64,000 nt of DNA from Octopus sinensis (Eukaryota), in NCBI RefSeq assembly GCF_006345805.1, contig NC_043000.1:18166001-18230000 (forward strand), written 5' to 3'. The translations under genes were made by a program, and so were the position numbers. Shown here one piece after another: positions 52,243 through 64,000 of the stretch (position 1 is its first letter; every line of letters starts with the position of its first letter). The notes below the pieces were generated by a model. That model worked only from the letters and a program-made list of their open reading frames with translations, was not told the DNA's origin and searched no databases.

Positions 52243-53062
52243 TCATCATCATCGTTTAATGTCCGTTTTCCGTGCTAGCACGGGTTGGACGGTTCGACCG
52301 GGGTCTGGGAAGCCAGGAGGCTGCCCCAGGCTCCAGTCTGATATGGCAGTGTTTCTACAGCTGGATGCCCTTCCTAATGCCAACCACTCCGTGAGTGTAG
52401 TGGGTGCTTTTTACGTGCCACTGGCACGGGTGCCAGGAGAGGCTGGCAGTGGCCATGATCAGTTGGTGCTTTTTACGTGCCACCGGCATGGAAGCCAGTC
52501 AAGGTGGTGCTGGCATCAGCCACGTTTTCATGGTGCTTTTTATGTCCCACTGGCACGGGTGCCAGGAGAGGCTGGCAGTGGCCATGATCAGTTGGTGCTT
52601 TTTACGTGCCACCGGCATGGAAGCCAGTCAAGGTGGTGCTGGCATCAGCCACGTTTTCATGGTGCTTTTTATGTGCCACTGGCACGGGTGCCAGGAGAGG
52701 CTGGCAGTGGCCATGATCAGTTGGTGCTTTTTACGTGCCACCGGCACGGAAGCCAGTCAAGGTGGTGCTGGCATCAGCCACGTTTTCATGGTGCTTTTTA
52801 TGTGCCACTGGCACGGGTGCCAGGAGAGGCTGGCAGTGGCCATGATCAGTTGGTGCTTTTTATGTGCCACTGGCACAGGTATCAAAACTACAATTTCCAT
52901 TTGATATTTATTTTGATGTTGATGCACTTGACTCAATAGGCCTCCTCAAGCATAGCAGGTCACCCTACGATCCAAGGTAAGCACAGCAGGTCGTTCTGCA
53001 ATCCAAGGTACTTTGGATGAGCTGGGGCTGCGATGCGAAAATGGTGCAGGAAACATCCGTGA
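52243..53062 (-). mobile_element. Retroposon family E ((GAT)n tail) with an expanded internal array
   Basis: Other copies approx.: 2945-3435(-), 5335-5475(-), 5775-5945(-), 34140-34500(+), 45750-46030(+). Internal 129-bp unit repeated ~3.6 times. Confidence 0.85.
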
Positions 53063-54517
53063 ACTCACGTTATTTGTCGGGTCTTTACATATGCATATAA
53101 CCATACATACTCACATACATAAATTAAATATACTTGCAAACACAGAGACACATACACACACACATAACTGTCACTGTGAAAGTTGTGTTAACAATGATCA
53201 TTACTAAGTGAGTATCTGCTTACTATAATATATCAACCATATTTTAAGCTTACCTACTGGCAATATGTCTATCTAGCATGGCTACATGAACACATGTCTG
53301 CTTGAGTGCATATGTGTGCAGACATGAATGCAGAAAAAATATATAAGATGTAAAGATAGATAAACAAACAGACAGATCAAACAAATACATGTTGATATAT
53401 TTTAAGCAGATACTCAAACACTGGTCATCAACAAGAAATGTTCAAGTACCTGTAACACTTTTGGTTTTGTATGTATTAAAAAGTAGGGTGTACTTGACTG
53501 TTATTTCTAATAAGTTGAACGACCCCCTACCATCAGTTACTGAAACTGTTGAAGAAAAAAAGTATACATTTCTTCCTCCCTCTCACTCTCTTCTGCATCA
53601 AGTATAGCTCTTTCATGCACAGACATGACAAATATAGTAACAGACTATATGGAGTGGATAGGTCACTGAAATAACTGTAGTTAGATGGATGGCCAACTGA
53701 AATTATATTGTTCAGAGTGTATTGAACAGATATATATTTATCATTTAATACAGCTTGGCAATAAGGACTTCATTTGATTGACAATGTTGGCACTTCTCAT
53801 TTGCAATGTTCATTTATTTATTCACTTTATGTCTGTTTATGCCAAGCTTGCATGGTTACATATTATTGAAGCAATGATTAACTTCCTCTTGCGAAACCTT
53901 TACCTGCTAATCAACTGAGAAATTTTCTTAATTCCATGGATCTTTGATTGAAAGTACAAGAGTTATCTGATTGATTTGTTGACTCAAAATTGTCAACAAA
54001 GTTCACTGTTTATAACTAAGCACTATCTTCGTGAAAGAACAGACCATAATATCCACACACACACAAGGCTTCCTGCATTTTCCATCTTTCAAATTCACTC
54101 ACAAGATGTTGGTTGATGAGAGCCTACAGTAGAAAACACTTGCCAAAGGTGCCATGCAGTGACTTAAACCCAAAACTTAGTAACTGAGAAGCAAATCTCC
54201 AAGCCTCACAACCACACTTGTGCCTGAGAAGTTTGTTTCATACTCCAGCATAGAACATCATGAAACCCAGTTGTATGGAAAACAAACATACATACATACT
54301 CAAACGCCCGAAAATGCAAATCCCTGCAGACATACATTCATGCACATACATTATCACTTCAAACACAAATATTGAACACTTTTGATATGGTACAAGAATG
54401 GAGATTTATGTGCAGTGATAAATGTGAAGTTGAGTTCTTTATGCACATTTCCAAATCAAACAAGATTGAGTGATATGTACCATGGTCTATCCAGTCATTA
54501 CTGAACTGTGAGATTAA

Positions 54518-55185
54518 CCTTTTTCACTACCTTATTTCTATTGAAAAACACTGCCTCAATTTCAATTAATTTGGGAAATAGCTTTGTCGTTATTAAGCTG
54601 GTGTAAGGCAGTAAGCTAGCAGAATCGTTAGCATGCCAGGTAAAATGCTTAGAGATATTTCACCTGTTGCTAAATTCTAAGTTCAAGTTCCACCAATGTC
54701 AACTTTACCTTTCATCCTTGGGGGAGGGAGGTCGATAAACTAAATACCAGTTGTGTACTGGGGTTGATGTAATGAACTAGTTACCCTCTCCACAAATTTC
54801 AGACCTTGTGCCTATAGCAGAAAGGATTATTGACTCTTTAGCATTTAAACCGGCCATATCCAGCCAAAAGTATTCTGCCTGTTTTATGTTCAAACTGGCC
54901 AGATCTGGTCTCTCACACCAACCCTACAATATCGTTTTAAAAATTAACAGCTACCTCATCAAAATCTCATAGCTACAAGATAATGCAAGATTAGTTCAAA
55001 ACTATGTGGATAAAAAAAGCATTAATTTTGGCAGAATAATGTAAACACTAAAGGGTTAAGCTAATGTATAGGAACATAAATGAACATGGAATTTTGATGG
55101 AAGGTTTGAATTTAAATCACTTTACAACAAGACATTTCTGATACAGAACTAAGGGTGGTCTCAGGTGGGTTGGTCACAAAAAGGG
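54518..55185. mobile_element. Older piggyBac-like MITE interrupted by a SINE (54605-54829) and a second MITE family (54834-55055)
   Basis: Left and right halves match 3586-4027. Inner element ends ctaaaggg|ttaa. Confidence 0.7.
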
Positions 55186-57485
55186 TAATCAGATTATTGA
55201 AGTAGCACAAGAAACAACAAAACAAAAGAGATGTAACATACAAACACATATTTTCATTCTAAAGAAGCAATACTGCATATGTCTCAGGACCACGGAGGTG
55301 CCCCCTGGTGGTGCAGTGAGAAAGTTGCACAATAATTGCTTCTAATTTAGGAATTAGGCTAGCAATCTGAGAGAAGGTAATTAGTTGATTACAATGACAC
55401 CAGTACTTGACTGGAACTTTGTTTTTGTAGTTTGAAAGATTAAAGGCAGAGTTTGCCTCAGCAGGATTTAAACTCAGAATGTAATATACTGAAAGAAATA
55501 ATGCAAGGTATTTTATCTGATGCTCCAAGGATTTTTACCAAATAATTATTCTCTCAAAGTATAACTGCATAAACATCTATATGCGTTGCAAAGAAACACA
55601 CAAACACATGCACACACAGTGTCAAAATTACCAATTCATGCGTCTTACCAAAACATCATCTTAAAGCAATAATAGTAACAAATATTCCCATCAGTGGGAA
55701 TATTTTAACATTTTTAAAGAATTCCATTCTCCAGAAAAGAGATAAAAAAACAATCTTATTAAAACAGCTGCCATTCTGCAAGATTATGTCTTGAACTAAA
55801 TTTTTGATTAGAAAAAAATAACTGTGGGGATGGAAAGTGGAATGTGAAGTGAACTGAACTTAAATTAAGTTCACTTCCTTTCAGGAATTTAGTACTAATA
55901 AATCTCTAGACATCATTAATTAATTATGTTATTTTATTAATTAAAATTTAGAATAATTCAAGTGAATGTGAATGTTGTGAGTAGGCAGAAATGGTAGTTC
56001 TGTGAACTGATTGATTTCCAGCATTTTGTTTTGTCTCCTGGATATTGTTTGAATCCTACAAGGAGGAAGGAGGTCAGTTTTGCTTCAAATTTCTTTGGGA
56101 GTCATTAAAACAAGATAGGGGGCAGGGAAAAATGATAAAGCACTGAACTAAATGTTTTACCCAATTAATTTGGTCTTTCTCTAATGTTCTTGGATTTCAA
56201 ACCTTGCTAGGAGTTGATTTGGATTTAAATTTCTCTGGGAGTTACTGAAATATACAAATAATTCCCTGGTAAAGTCAATTAACTGACTATACTCCCCTTG
56301 TTAAGGCGGCGAGCTGGCAGAAACGTTAGCACACCGGGCGAAATGCGTAGCTATATTTCTTCTGTCGTTACGTTCCAAGTTCAAATTCCGCCGAGGTCGA
56401 CTTTGCCTTTCATCCTCTCGGGGTCGATAAATTAAGTACCAGTTACGCACTGGGGTCGATATAATCGACTTAATCCCTTTGTCTGTCCTTGTTTGTCCCC
56501 TCTGTGTTTAGCCCCTTGTGGGTAGTAAAGAAATATATATATATTCCCCTCTTGTGAAAATGCTCTTTGTGCCAAGCTGGAAGAAAATAATAACAATTAA
56601 ATTTAAAGAACAGGCTCCAGAGGGAGATAGAAATACCATAATATCTCAATCCTTGTTTCAATTTTAGCTGAGTTAGACTGGTTTAGTGGTAAGTCAGCAT
56701 TAGCATCATTATAATTGCATTTAGCATCATCATTACCATTTTCATTGGTTTAGTATTCATTTCTCCAAGTTGACATAAATTCGGTAAAGTAAGCTGGAAG
56801 TCTGATCCCTTTATCCATTAACAACATTTTGCACCCTAGTTTTATGTTGCCTTTCTGTCTATTCTGCCATTCACAACTTCACCCATAATAATAACACCAG
56901 TATTTGTTTATTGAGTATTAAAACCCTTTTCTCTTTCTTTGCTCCTCTGGAGATCTCCCTTAAAAACCCAATCCAAATAATGCCAGCCATTCTTGGATAA
57001 ACCATTTACTTGAAACTAATAACAAGAAATAAGACTATTTAGTTTATATTATAATAAAAAAGGACAGAAACAAAAGAAAGAAAAACAGAAGGAAATTATA
57101 GAGTGAAATCTGAAAAGAGAATTCCAGAGAGTTCCAGATATTTTTGTAATCCAAAGTATGAGAATCCAATTTCAGGACAATAACCAATGTTTATATAGAA
57201 CAGATTGTAAAAACAAAAAAATCTTTGTTCGAGTCAAATCTACCGGGAGTTTTCTTAAATAAACAGAAAGAAATACATAAAATGTAAGGACTTTTATTCC
57301 AAATTACAGAGGATGGACATTATTTTATCACAAAATTACAGTTTGATTTTCGCAATCTTTTTTTTTTTTTTTTATTTCACACATTTTTGTACCGATATTT
57401 TTCCATTCTAGCTTGGATGGGTTCCTCCAAAATTGGATATTTTTATATTATTGGATCAATTAATTTTTACAGCTGAATATCCATC

Positions 57486-57541
57486 CTACTGATAACCACT
57501 TGCAGTGTAGTATGGATTTAATTTGTTGTTAGTCAAACCAG
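57486..57541 (-). CDS. Candidate terminal coding exon (TGLTNNKLNPYYTASGYQ*)
   Basis: Acceptor ctatttgcttcag|. Phase-compatible with the 59896-59949 candidate. TAG at 57488-57486. Confidence 0.25.
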
Positions 57542-58033
57542 CTGAAGCAAATAGAGTTAGTTATGCACTTTACTCATGAACATAACATTATTACTGTAGT
57601 TATTTTTGAATACAGAATTCTGTGGTCAGTAAGTACCAGCACATTAATTTTGCTGTTAATTTTAAGGAAAAATAACAAGGAAAAAAACAAATAGATTTTT
57701 AAAAAAAAATTACGTAGACAATAGAAAAATATAAATGTAAAAAGACAATCATTACAACAACTACAATTACTACAACATCAACAAACTAAAGAAAATAAAG
57801 CATCAACCGTAAAAATGTGTGTAAAAATATGACACTGCATCTATTAATTCACGTCTATTATTAAAGATGAACCATAAATGGGAGGAGAGACTTGTGTGTT
57901 TGACAGAACAGCAACAAAAATAGCAAGTGACAAGAAAATATGATAAGAAAAGAGGACAAGAGGGAAATAAACAATATTAAGTAAATCATGCAGAAAGAAA
58001 GTGACACAACAGCAAAAGGAAACTTGAGAGATA

Positions 58034-58452
58034 CAGCTGATACAATAAGCATTTTTTTTTACAGTGTTACAACACAATAGACCAAATGATGAATATGTTA
58101 TGCAGTCAGTATAAGAAGCAAATTTTACAGATACAACACAATAAACCAAATGACAATTTCATTAGGCAGTTGGTACAAGAAGCAGTTTTATACTGACATA
58201 ACACAATAACCCAAAGGATTAATTGTGTTATACAGCTGGTACGAGAAGCATTTTTATGATGATGCAATACCTCGAATTAAAGGTAGATGTGTTATACAGC
58301 TGGAAGTGGAATGCTTCAGTTTTTACAATAGTAAACTCAAAAGATGTGTGACATAGGTGGAACTGGAAGCACTTTTGAAATGACACAACACAGAATAAAC
58401 CAATGACACATATACTACAGAACGGACACTGGAAGCAATTTTTGCAGTGACG
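58034..58452. repeat. Degenerate ~65-bp minisatellite, ~6-7 units
   Basis: Unit starts at 58034, 58103, 58167, 58233, 58297 (cag(c/t)tggtacaagaagca...acaacacaataaacc). Confidence 0.7.
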
Positions 58453-59498
58453 AAAATGCACGGGTATGTAGCAGTGCAAACACAAACTAAACGACTATTC
58501 GTGTTTTTACAAAGATTAAGTGAAGTTGTGTTACCGTAGGGGGGCAAGGAGAAATTACCCTCCACTGGACTATCAAGTGTGCTTTGCTGAGATTGTCCAC
58601 ACCTGGGCTGGACATGGTTTAACCATTTCCCAAATGAACTATTTCTTAACATTTTTGTTAGTTTGATAGTTTTCTATTGTGAAACATTCAGGATAAATCT
58701 GCAACATTTAAAACACAGGGTTAAAAGACATGATGACAATTTTTCAGAGATTCAAGTGAGACAATTGAAAAATGAGAAAATGATATACACATCCGATATC
58801 TTGTTTGATATACATAATACATCACATCTTATTTCATATTCATACTCAAGGCATACACTACAAAAGACATGCTGCTTCATTTGACATAATCAATGGGTTA
58901 GATATTTCATAGACACTTCTAAAAATGGAAGTACTTAAGATTAGCAGATAACATACACACAGGAAATAATTAAATTACATTGCACACACAACAGAATATA
59001 TGAATTTATTAGAATATGACTATTTGTGTTTTTACAAAGATTAAGTGAAGTTGTGTTACTGTGTGTGGGGGGGGGGAGAAGGAGAAATTACCCTCCACTG
59101 GAATATCAAGTGTGCTTTGCTGAGATAGTCTACACCTGGGCTGGACATGGTTTTTATCATTTCTCTAAAACATATATTAGGTTTTGACCTACTAGAGTTT
59201 AACAGCTGAAAGATCATCCACAATGCACTCAGAACCACACACCTGAGTCAATTCATACATACATTTAGAATACATTTACTGTTATATTCAATTTCATTGG
59301 CCTAACTCAGATTGAGATAAGATGACCCAAAACATCAGTGCTTTGGAAAGACAAATGTAACTGTAAATATGTGATTTTTCCTATCACTTATTTGTTATTA
59401 GAACTTATTTTTTATCATTTAAAAAATTTGTTTTATCGTGTACCATTGACGATTTTTTTTCCTCTGTCTTCCCTTCTCGAGATCTTTCCTTCTCCTAT

Positions 59499-59533
59499 GT
59501 TTCCGACGAAGAGCTCCGCTCGAAACGTTAAAC
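59499..59533 (+). ncRNA. Minimal hammerhead-like motif in a Penelope-type repeat (59455-59630)
   Basis: gttt-CCGACGAA-gagc(tcc)gctc-GAAA-c-GTT-aaac. Confidence 0.45.
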
Positions 59534-59640
59534 CCTCCTTCTTCCCTTCTTTCCTGAGCGTCCAATAATACTATATTTGTTCCACATCCTCGTGTTGTGT
59601 TTTTTTGTGTTTTCTTGTTTTGATTAACTATATATACATA

Positions 59641-59703
<63 letters not shown>

Positions 59704-59895
59704 CTGTTTATCTATATACTTAAGATAGCATAAGCAGCCAAGTAGATAACAATGGCAAACCAGCTAAGAGGTCAATGATTCATATTCTGTAATGACTTAT
59801 ATTGCTTTGTACATATCTTTAGCCAAAACACTTATCTCTCAAATGGCCCAGTCCACCTAATTGCAAATAGGGACCACAAGATAGAAACAACTCAC

Positions 59896-59949
59896 TGCTG
59901 TAAACAATGGGAACACTGTAAAGTGAGGATTTCAACTGTTGCTGTGAGC
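59896..59949 (-). CDS. Candidate 54-bp exon of an unidentified gene (GSQQQLKSSLYSVPIVYS)
   Basis: Strong acceptor tttctcattgccttctccag| and donor |gtgagt. Open phase 1 to 1. No homology recognised. Confidence 0.35.
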
Positions 59950-60094
59950 CTGGAGAAGGCAATGAGAAACCATCCTAGCATGATAATCTTTGTGAAGTGT
60001 TTAGAATGAACAGATAACATTTTCAGGAGATAAGAAAATTACATTACACACACAATAGAGTATATGATTTTATTAAAATATATTGTTGCTATTC

Positions 60095-60560
60095 GTGTCA
60101 GGCAGGGTCGTCACTCCCTGAAGTAGTGAAGAAGTATGAGATAGCTTGGGCATGTCAGCCGTATGAAAGATGGCAGAATCCCCAAGGACATACTCTACGG
60201 AGAGCTTGCTAGGGGTACTAGGTCTGTAGGTAGACCGTTCTTACGTTACAAGGATGTTTGCAAAAGGGACATGAAGGCCTGCAACATCAATATTAGCGGT
60301 TGGGAAGCAGTTGCCGGCAACCGTGGAGATTGGCGACGTACCGTAAAAGACGGAATACAAAGGAGTGAGAGAGAGAGAGAGAGAGAGAGAAATGGAAAGA
60401 CAAGAAAAGACGTCAACAAGAAACTATGGCATTACAACCAGCAAGGAACGGTCTACGCTACATTTGCAGTACCTGCCAGAGGGAGTGTTTGTCCAGGATA
60501 GGACTACACAGCCACAGCAGGAAGTGTATCAGGACATGACATGTAAAAGCTGGACTAGAC
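60095..60560 (+). mobile_element. RTE/BovB-like LINE 3' fragment
   Basis: LGHVSRMKDGRIPKDILYGELARGTRSVGRPFLRYKDVCKRDMK and a terminal C..C...GLHSH finger. Confidence 0.9.
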
Positions 60561-61777
60561 TATTTTACGCGCAACTCCATTGTCTCCCGAGACAAAAAGG
60601 ATGCCAACAATTGTTGCTATTATGCAAAAGTGTCATAAGTCTAAAACATTGCTTTTTCAGAAAAAAAAAAAAAAGTTTCACCATTCATTCCATAGCAAAA
60701 ACATTGTACTACATTTTGACAATTTTTTATATCTTGGTATCTGAAGCAGCTGGAGATATGATAGTTTGACTAAAAGAACCGGCTATTGCAAGCAAAAATA
60801 TATATTCTTTTCTACTCTAGACACATGGCCTGAAATTTTTGGGGAGGAGGTCAGTTGATTAGATTGACGCCAGTACACAACTGGTACTTAATTTATTGCC
60901 CCCCCCCCCCGAAAGGATGAAAGGCAAAGTCGACCTAGGCGGAATTTGAACTCAGAATGTAAAGAGAGACGAAATACTGCTAAGCATTTCACCAGGCATG
61001 CTAATGTTTCTGCCAGCTCACTGCCTTAGCAAAAATTACTATTGAAAAAAAACCCACATATTTGACCAAATTTGGACATATGACAGTTTAACCTAATAGC
61101 GATGATATGTATTTCTACCATTACTCTAATACATATATTAGGTTTATGACACACAAGGGAACCAGATTCTTCAGTGTTGAATGAACAACTAGCATAGAGC
61201 ATGGCATCCACTGACGATGATTGATATATCTTCCTTGTTTTCCATTTTTATGTCAGTTTTTCATGCTACATGAGTTAGATGATTATACTATTGAAGTATT
61301 GTCTTACAGCTGAATGGCCTTCCTGTCACTAACTCTTATCAGTTTTTCAAATAAGGGATCTCTTATTTTACACGTCTTTGACAGCGCAGAGCTAGTAGGT
61401 GATTTGTTGACAGGAAAAACAACAATGCTACTGCTTATATTTTATGATTCTTAGAAGTGAAAACACCCCCCCCCATACAACATGATCCTCTTTCAGTTTC
61501 TGTCTACCAAATCCATTTACAAGGCTTTGATCAGCCTGGGGCTATAATAGAAGATACTTGCCCAAAGTGCTGTGCACTGGGACTGAATCATATAACAAGA
61601 AGAGGAGGCACAGTAAATTGCAGCACACAGACTGTTGTATTTATGTGGGACACTGATGAGGTGAAATGCATGATTGCATAATGTCTCAACTTATGTAACT
61701 ATTTCAGTATTTTGCTGAAATGTGTGTATGTCCTATAAAGCTCTGAATACCATACCTGTTTTCTGTTTAGTATTTCA

Positions 61778-61824
<47 letters not shown>

Positions 61825-62108
61825 GTGTGTGTGTGTGGAGGCGCAATGGCCCAGTGGTTAGGGCAGCGGGCTTGCAGTTTCAATTCCCAGGCTGGGCATT
61901 TTGAGTGTTTATTGAGCAAAAACACCTAAAAGCTCCACGAGGCTCCGGCAGGGGGTGGTGATCCCTGTTGTACTCTTCCACCACTCTTTCTCTCACTCTT
62001 TCTTCTGTTGGCCTGCTCGCTTAGCCAGCGGAGTGGCGTCATTCGAAGGCTAAAACAATGCAAATGCATTGTGACCAGCGATGTGTAACATCTGATGGTC
62101 TGGTTGGT

Positions 62109-62139
<31 letters not shown>

Positions 62140-62824
62140 AATCATATAATATAATATATATATAATTTTATATTGGGCTACAGTAATACTTAATAATGGT
62201 TTCTAGCATTTCTAGTTTTGGGAAGTTCTGTGGCATACACACACTGTCAGTAAGTAGGATCAAGAAGCTCATCCAAATGATGTAAAAACATGTAAGGCAG
62301 TAGTTGTGATATAAACTAAAAGGTCTAATCCTTATGTTATGCTGAACAATTTTTTTTCAAGTAATCAACCAACCTACATCACATACTGTAATTACTTTAC
62401 TCTTTTACTTGTTTCAGTCATTTGACTGCGGCCATGCTGAAGCACCGCCTTTAGTCGAGCAAATCGACCCTGGGACTTATTCTTTTGCAAGCCCAGTACT
62501 TATTCTAACAGTCTCTTTTGCCGAACCGCTAAGTGACGGGGACGTAAACACACCAGCATCGGTTGTCAAGCAATGCTAGGGGGACAAACAGACACACACA
62601 AACACACACACACACACATACTCTCTCTCTTTACTCTTTTACTAGTTTGTCATTTGACTGCGGCCATGCTGGAGCACCGCCTTCAGTCGAGCAAACCGAC
62701 CCCGGGACTTATTCTTTGTAAGCCCAGTACTTATTCTATTGGTCTCTTTTGCCGAACCGCTAAGTGATGGGGACGTAAACACACCAGCATCGGTTGTCAA
62801 GCAATGCTAGGGGGACAAACACAG

Positions 62825-62859
<35 letters not shown>

Positions 62860-63434
62860 CATGTATACGACAGGCTTCTTTCAGTTTCCGTCTACCAAAT
62901 CCACTCACAAGGCATTGGTCGGCCCGGGGCTATAGCAGAAGACACTTGCCCAAGATGCCACGCAGATGGACTGAACCCGGAACCATGTGGTTGGTTAGCA
63001 AGCTACTTACCACATAGCCACTCCTGCGCCTATTGGGTAGATTGTCATAACAATGACTTAAAAGAAAGGGTAGGGTGAGATGAATCAAAGACAATAGACT
63101 GCATGAACACCATTCACTGCAGTAATAGATAAAGTTCTACTACCAACCTACCTGACCTAATTAGTGCAGTGAGTAGCAAGACTATGTTGAGGGGGCGGGG
63201 GTCAAGGACATTGTATTATCTAGGGTAAAGAGTGGGTGGCAAAAAGAAAAACATGCTTTGGGAACTGCTATCTATGCGGGACAAAAGGTGGACCGTATGA
63301 TGTATGACAAAGAGTATGATAATGAGTGAGAAAAAAATGATGGATGGATAGATGAAGGTAGAATACCAACAGTAAATAGGGATAGCAGCCAAATTGCCCT
63401 CAAACCATATCCAACCTGTCTTAAAAGAAATAAG

Positions 63435-63663
63435 TATTTCTTTACTACCCACAAGGGGCTAAACACAGAGGGGACAAACAAGGACAGACAAACGGATTAA
63501 GTGGATTACATCAACCCCAGTGCGTAACTGGTACTTAATTTATCGACCCCGAAAGGATGAAAGGCAAAGTCGACCTCGGCGGAATTTGAACCTAGAACGT
63601 AACGGCAGACGAAATACGGCTACGCATTTCGCCCGGTGTGTTAACGTTTCTGCCAGCTCGCCG
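63435..63663 (-). mobile_element. SINE family B, young copy
   Basis: ~20-bp TSD cctgtcttaaaagaaataag (63415-34, 63664-83). Confidence 0.9.
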
Positions 63664-64000
63664 CCTGTCTTAAAAGAAATAAGGACACATTAGACAGCCG
63701 TGTAGATTTAGATATTCAAAAAGAAGGGACAGCTATGACTAGAATGCTTTTGATCAATGTTTTTAAATCAATAAGGTTTACAGAAACCATAACATCAGTG
63801 AGCCAATGAGAGAGCTTCTTATGTGGCTGTTTGACCCACTACGAGTAAAAGCCTTGATTTCCCCTCTGCTAAAGGACACATTGGATAATAATGTAGTTCT
63901 AGATACCACCATGTCTGAATGTATAGGATTGATAGTCACAGCTGGAATGCCTTTGATCATAGGCTTACTATCTCTGAGCTGACCTGGGGCTGAAAAACTA

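Noticed and set aside
52199-52939. 246-aa ORF with 43-aa repeats; CRISPR-like repeat-spacer look
   Set aside because: Lies inside a dispersed retroposon. Spacers alternate between two sequences rather than being unique, there are no cas genes, and the context is eukaryotic.

Overview
AT-rich, repeat-dense eukaryotic genomic DNA. The tRNA-derived SINE and MITE families resemble those of Octopus (inference from recalled repeat families, not checked). The only gene I can identify with confidence is the 5' part of glycerol kinase 5 (GK5, FGGY family) on the minus strand. It has six coding exons (15148-14990, 10852-10759, 9516-9441, 7177-7084, 6218-6129, 4747-4706; 185 codons) with canonical GT-AG sites and consistent phases, and continues beyond position 1. 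A few unassigned minus-strand exon candidates lie at 50.8, 57.5 and 59.9 kb. The rest is mobile DNA: at least five SINE families, RTE- and CR1/Jockey-like LINE 3' fragments, a decayed full-length Tc1 element, mariner remnants, piggyBac-like TTAA MITEs (some nested), a Merlin-like MITE with 8-bp TSD, Helitron ends and micro/minisatellites. Most notable: (i) five minimal type I hammerhead-ribozyme-like motifs of Penelope/retrozyme type, one capping a ~140-nt rod-like foldback inside a GK5 intron; (ii) inverted SINEs bracketing GK5 coding exons 1-2, whose back-spliced 255-nt circle would be a stop-free, in-frame ORF; (iii) a locally generated ~130-bp near-perfect SINE palindrome. All coordinates were read by hand; repeat boundaries are approximate unless a TSD or TIR is quoted.
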